In this document: one piece after another, positions 59,763-64,000 of the stretch
Layout: every line of letters starts with the position of its first letter
Position numbering within the stretch: the stretch's first letter is position 1
Assembly: GCA_965204375.1 (NCBI GenBank)
Contig: OZ241986.1
Location: forward strand, 512,001 to 576,000
Direction of reading: 5' to 3'
Source: Candidatus Latescibacterota bacterium
GTDB lineage: Bacteria > Latescibacterota > UBA2968
DNA length: 64,000 nt
Position numbers and translations under genes: made by a program
Notes under the pieces: model-generated
Seen by the model: the letters and a program-made list of their open reading frames with translations, nothing else
Databases searched by the model: none
What the model was told of the DNA's origin: nothing

Positions 59763-61829
59763 ATGATCCGGAAGATTCTGCACATAGGAATGGCCGTGGG
59801 AGTGATCTTTTTGGGACTGATCGCCCTGGTGGAGTTACTGGGATATGTGACCTGGTATCTGATGCCCAGAGACACGGAGTCCATGCAACAGGCGTCCGAG
59901 TTTGAGGCAATCATGGGCAGGTTGGTGCAAAGTCCCACAGAGGGGGCTATCCAGGTTGTGGTGCCGGACCGACGTCCGAAGACCGCAAAAGCCGTGCATC
60001 GGGTGATGGAATGGCCGGAAAGAAGGGGACGGCAGTTTTGGGAAGCCCCAATGCTAAAAGAGAGGGTGGCGGTGGGTGAGTTGCCTCCGGTTGGAGAACG
60101 GCTGCCGGAGAATCCTCTGGTGATTGTGCCGCCCCATCAGAATGGGCCTTATGGAGGCACCTGGACGCGGTTTGCAACGGGACCGAGAGATATAGGCATT
60201 GTGGAGGCTCGGTTTGCCTATGAGGGATTGGTGAGATGGGATCCGATGGGTCAAAAAATTCTTCCCAATCTGGCAACGCACTGGGAGATAGCCGATGGGG
60301 GACGGACGTACACGTTCTGGTTGCGAAAGGGGGTGCGCTGGTCAGATGGACATCCTTTTACAGTAGAGGATATTTTCTTCTGGCATGAAAATGTGTTGCG
60401 TAACGAGGAGTTGACACCGGTGGTCGCGCGGGATTTTCAGCGGGGAGGCGAAGTGATGGCGATGGAAAAGGTCGATGCGTACACCGTGCGTTTTCGCTTT
60501 AAACGACCCAATGGTCTTTTCCTGAAATTGCTGGCGTGGGGGCGCGGATACGAAATGTTGCGGTATCCGGCGCATTATATGGCGCAGTTTCATCCGCGGT
60601 ATGTGCAGTTGGAGAAATTAGAAGCGATGGCCGGGGAGCACGGTTTTGATTTCTGGCACCAGCTTTTTCAAGACAAGCGGGACTGGCGGAATCCGGATAT
60701 TCCCAGACTGTGGCCGTGGGTTGTCGTGGCACCGCCACCGGCCCGCCCTTCCGTGTTCGAGCGCAATCCCTATTATTGGAAGGTGGATCCAGAGGGGAAT
60801 CAGCTTCCTTATATTGATCGTATGACTTTTGAGATTTACGACCGCGAGACGATCAATCTCAAAGCGATTAACGGGGAGATTGGGATGCAGGGGCGGCACA
60901 TTTTGATCGAAAACTATTCCTTATTTATGGAGAATCAATCGCGCGGAGGGTATCGGGTGCTGCACTGGATTACCGGAGGAACCGGGGGAGAGTGCGTTGC
61001 GCTGAATTTGAATCACAAGGATCCGGTGATGCGCGAAATTATATGGGATCGTCGGTTCCGCATTGCGCTGTCACACGCGATTGATCGGGAGGCGATTAAC
61101 GAGGTCGGCGGGTTTGGTATCGGTCAGCCCAGGCAACCGGCACCTTTGCGGACGTCGGTGCATTATTCAGAGGCATTTGAAAAAGCATATATCGACTACG
61201 AGCCGGATAAGGCCAACTCGCTTTTGGACGAGATGGGGCTGGTGGAGAGAGATCGGTCTGGTATGCGATTGCGTCCGGATGGGAAGCCGATCAGGGTAGC
61301 AATTGAAACGATGTCGATCAACAACAGGGTGCTGGAATTGGTGGCGAATGATTGGACGGCGGTGGGGGTGAAGACGGAGATCAAAGAAGAAGCCCGACAG
61401 CTTTATTACGAGCGAAGAAAGGCGTTGATACACGATGCGGCAACTGCGGGCGGTGAGGTTCAGAACCCACTTTTGGAGCCGCGCTTGTTTGTCCCCTATA
61501 ATGTGGGATCGAGCCATGCGATTGGGTTCACGCATTGGCTTTTGACCAATGGAAAACGCGGGGAGACGCCCACGGGAGATATACGGCGCTGCATTGAACT
61601 GTTCTGGCAGATTGAGGAGACGCCGGACGAGGCCGAACAAATTCGGCTGTTTGGAGAGATTATAGATCTGAACCGGAAAAATCTCTGGGTGATTGGAACA
61701 ATCGGGAGTATGCCTTCGATTATGTTGGTACACAATACATTTCGGAATGTGCCGGAGGTCGCCATGGCATCGTGGTCGGTTCGCACACCTGCGAATACGG
61801 CGGTTGAGTGTTATGCGATTGAGCCATAG
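59763..61829 (+). CDS. ABC transporter substrate-binding protein, family 5 (OppA/DppA-like), N-terminal TM
   Basis: EAPML...V..GELPPV.ERLPENP, YGG, LRKGVRWSDGHPFT.ED, ERNPYYWKVD.EGNQLPYID, FRIALS.AIDR. Confidence 0.88.
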   Translation: MIRKILHIGMAVGVIFLGLIALVELLGYVTWYLMPRDTESMQQASEFEAIMGRLVQSPTEGAIQVVVPDRRPKTAKAVHRVMEWPERRGRQFWEAPMLKERVAVGELPPVGERLPENPLVIVPPHQNGPYGGTWTRFATGPRDIGIVEARFAYEGLVRWDPMGQKILPNLATHWEIADGGRTYTFWLRKGVRWSDGHPFTVEDIFFWHENVLRNEELTPVVARDFQRGGEVMAMEKVDAYTVRFRFKRPNGLFLKLLAWGRGYEMLRYPAHYMAQFHPRYVQLEKLEAMAGEHGFDFWHQLFQDKRDWRNPDIPRLWPWVVVAPPPARPSVFERNPYYWKVDPEGNQLPYIDRMTFEIYDRETINLKAINGEIGMQGRHILIENYSLFMENQSRGGYRVLHWITGGTGGECVALNLNHKDPVMREIIWDRRFRIALSHAIDREAINEVGGFGIGQPRQPAPLRTSVHYSEAFEKAYIDYEPDKANSLLDEMGLVERDRSGMRLRPDGKPIRVAIETMSINNRVLELVANDWTAVGVKTEIKEEARQLYYERRKALIHDAATAGGEVQNPLLEPRLFVPYNVGSSHAIGFTHWLLTNGKRGETPTGDIRRCIELFWQIEETPDEAEQIRLFGEIIDLNRKNLWVIGTIGSMPSIMLVHNTFRNVPEVAMASWSVRTPANTAVECYAIEP

Positions 61830-61842
61830 CCCGTATAGGGGA

Positions 61843-63615
61843 TTACTCGTTCAGTGCCGAAAATTGGGCGATTTGTTCAATCTTGCCATCGACAATGCCC
61901 ATGTACCCAATTAGCATTTCGTCAAAACTTTGCTCACCCCAGCGAACCGTTGCGGATGGGTCGGGGTTGAGTTTGTTTTTTGCCGAGTTGTCAAAGACGG
62001 CATGGCTGACTATGCGCGTTCCAGCGGGCAGATGTTTAGGGGTTGAGAGGGCGTAGAACCGCTGCCAGTTGAACGTGTAATTTGGCACGGAGAGCAGGGT
62101 TTCGCGGGTTCCATCGGGATAATGTGCCACATAGCGGAAGCCCGCGCCCCGGAAGTGCATGTGGGGGAAGAGGGTGTAGAGGGTGACGTCCTGTTCAAAG
62201 ATTTTTACGGATGAGTCGCGATAGGCACTCGCATGCGGTGGGATTTTAATTTTCGGATTGGCGGGACCGACCACGCGGTGTTCGCGCAGGTTTTGGGCGT
62301 CGGTGAAATACAACCCCAGCCGGCTTTCATCCACTTCGGGACGTCCAGTGGTTGTATAGTGGATTTGAAATTGGATTTTGCTCCCTTTGGGGAGTAGTTT
62401 TGTCGTGCCTTTGGGCAGCATGACACCGTCCATGCCCGGTACATAAGAGGCAAAGATGCCGTCTAACCAGCGGTTCTTTTTGACGGTTTTCATTTTGTGC
62501 CTTTTGGGATAGATCAGGTGTGCCAGTGCGTGGTGCATGGCCGCGCGATTTCCCGGTAAAAATTCAGTCCCGCGCAATTGCACATCGTGGTCTATGGGTA
62601 CGGTAATTTTGAGATAGCGATAATCGACAATGCCGGTCGCTGGGATTTCCTGCCGTTCCAATGCGATGACCAGGTCGGGTTCGCCATAAGCCCAGGTTGT
62701 GGCTTGTGTCGGGTTTTCGGATAGGGGATCCGGGCCATCACCGCGGGGCGATCCAGCTTCGATCCAGTGAACGAGGATTTGTTCTTCTTCTGATGTGAGA
62801 GACATGTCGTTGCTAAATGTGCCGATGTGTGGGTCTGCATGCCAGGGGGGCATGCGTCGGGTGCGTACTACTTCGCGCATCATTGGAGACCAACCCGCGA
62901 CTTCTTTGTAATCGGTCATGTCAAAGGGTGCTATGCCGCCGGTTTGGTGACAGGTGACGCATTTGTTTCGCAGAATGGGTGCTACCTGTTTTGCATAAGA
63001 GATCTGTTTGTGTTGTGCGCGGTCTTTGCCCGGCAGGGCAATCAGGCAGCCGGGGGATGCAACGGCTTTGACGGCGATTTCTTCACCTTTGAGATGGGCG
63101 ATGAGTGCATCGGCGAGATAATGGTTGGATGCACTGGGTTTTTGCGCTTCGTAATTCAGACGATCGTCGATGGGGCCGCGGTAGAGGATGCGCCATGTTT
63201 TGGGATCGATGACAAGTGCTTCAGCCGTGCGGTGCAGGTCGAGCGATTCGGCGACGAGTTGCGTTTCATCAATGAGGATGGGATAGTCGATGGAGAAGGC
63301 GTCGGCTTCTTCGCGTACGCTTTCGCGGTCGTCTTGCAAGTTGGCATTGAGCATTAAAAATTGCACGCCTTTGGGCGCGTATTCTTCGCGTATCGCGTTG
63401 AGGTCATGCACTGCATTGCGCACAATAGGGCAACCATTGCCCTGGATGAATAAGACGATGGCAGATGCGTCTGAGTGCTCGTGGAGTGTGTGGAATTCGC
63501 CGTTCTGATCATAAAGGCCAAAATCATCTACGACAATATCCACGGATTGTGGTGTTTCTTGAATAGCAGAACAGCCGATGAAGAGGCAGGATAGGATATA
63601 CAATAGGTGTTTCAT
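61843..63615 (-). CDS. Lipoprotein fusion: redoxin domain + c-type heme + copper type II (PHM/DBH-like) monooxygenase domains
   Basis: Lipobox FIGC; GCPIV...YRGPIDD...GC redoxin; CVTCH; MPPW; MHHA, QIHY, PHMH, DEML copper ligands. Confidence 0.8.
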   Translation of the reverse strand: MKHLLYILSCLFIGCSAIQETPQSVDIVVDDFGLYDQNGEFHTLHEHSDASAIVLFIQGNGCPIVRNAVHDLNAIREEYAPKGVQFLMLNANLQDDRESVREEADAFSIDYPILIDETQLVAESLDLHRTAEALVIDPKTWRILYRGPIDDRLNYEAQKPSASNHYLADALIAHLKGEEIAVKAVASPGCLIALPGKDRAQHKQISYAKQVAPILRNKCVTCHQTGGIAPFDMTDYKEVAGWSPMMREVVRTRRMPPWHADPHIGTFSNDMSLTSEEEQILVHWIEAGSPRGDGPDPLSENPTQATTWAYGEPDLVIALERQEIPATGIVDYRYLKITVPIDHDVQLRGTEFLPGNRAAMHHALAHLIYPKRHKMKTVKKNRWLDGIFASYVPGMDGVMLPKGTTKLLPKGSKIQFQIHYTTTGRPEVDESRLGLYFTDAQNLREHRVVGPANPKIKIPPHASAYRDSSVKIFEQDVTLYTLFPHMHFRGAGFRYVAHYPDGTRETLLSVPNYTFNWQRFYALSTPKHLPAGTRIVSHAVFDNSAKNKLNPDPSATVRWGEQSFDEMLIGYMGIVDGKIEQIAQFSALNE

Positions 63616-63624
63616 AATATCTCC

Positions 63625-64000
63625 TTAAAATTCTCTACTCCGCAATAATTCCAGTACGCGTTCGAGGTCGTCATTGCTGTAAAATTCGATTTCGATTTTG
63701 CCCCGAGAGCCTCTGCGGTTGATGTTGACCGCCGTGCCAAAATAACGCTGGAGGTCTTCTTCGAGAAATAGCAGGTTGGGGTCTTTGGGGGGCGTGGATT
63801 TTTTTTCTGTGGAGCCTTCTTTGAGTGCTTTGACGAGGGCCTCTGTGCGGCGAACCGATAATTCCTGTGCGATAATCCGCTGGCATAAGGCAATTTGTTG
63901 ATCCGCGTTGTCAAGACCAAGCAGTGCGCGGGCGTGACCTGCAGATATCTGCCCGGCTTGGAGTGCGTCGAGGACTTCGGGTGTCAATGCGAGGAGACGC
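63625..64000 (-). CDS. parB: Chromosome partitioning protein ParB (5' part outside the window)
   Basis: RLLAL..EV...ISAGHARALL, LSVRRTE.LV, GKIEIEFYSNDDLERVLE. Confidence 0.9.
   Translation of the reverse strand, partial: RLLALTPEVLDALQAGQISAGHARALLGLDNADQQIALCQRIIAQELSVRRTEALVKALKEGSTEKKSTPPKDPNLLFLEEDLQRYFGTAVNINRRGSRGKIEIEFYSNDDLERVLELLRSREF

Overview
Bacterial chromosomal window, gene-dense. I see no rRNA, tRNA, CRISPR array, integrase or transposase. The gene content (GWxTD-TPR, DUF6785, CRTAC1/ASPIC, TBDR with T9SS-type CTD protein and PorV, many Gfo/Idh/MocA and enolase-superfamily enzymes) suggests an FCB-superphylum diderm such as Latescibacterota; this is inference. Left part (1-25.6 kb): housekeeping and catabolic genes (iorA, DASS permease, nagA-epimerase-dgoD-like, sthA, ettA, S9 peptidase, natAB-like), a three-gene MotA/ExbD-like module and a HEPN gene pair. 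Central part (~25.7-58.1 kb): a ~32 kb run of minus-strand genes resembling a SusD-less nutrient-utilisation locus. It contains a FadR/GntR regulator with a perfect operator, then OMP, TonB-dependent receptor, T9SS-CTD protein and PorV, followed by SDR, M20, DUF6785, a sugar ABC transporter, a TPR/CRTAC1 cassette, an enolase-superfamily enzyme and a DUF3604 protein. A candidate divergent small RNA sits at its head. Right end: BNR/Asp-box protein, orphan family-5 solute-binding protein, a redoxin/cytochrome c/copper-monooxygenase fusion and the 3' end of parB. The best candidate for an undescribed system is the TBDR-CTD protein-PorV module. All product calls come from motif recognition by eye, not database searches.
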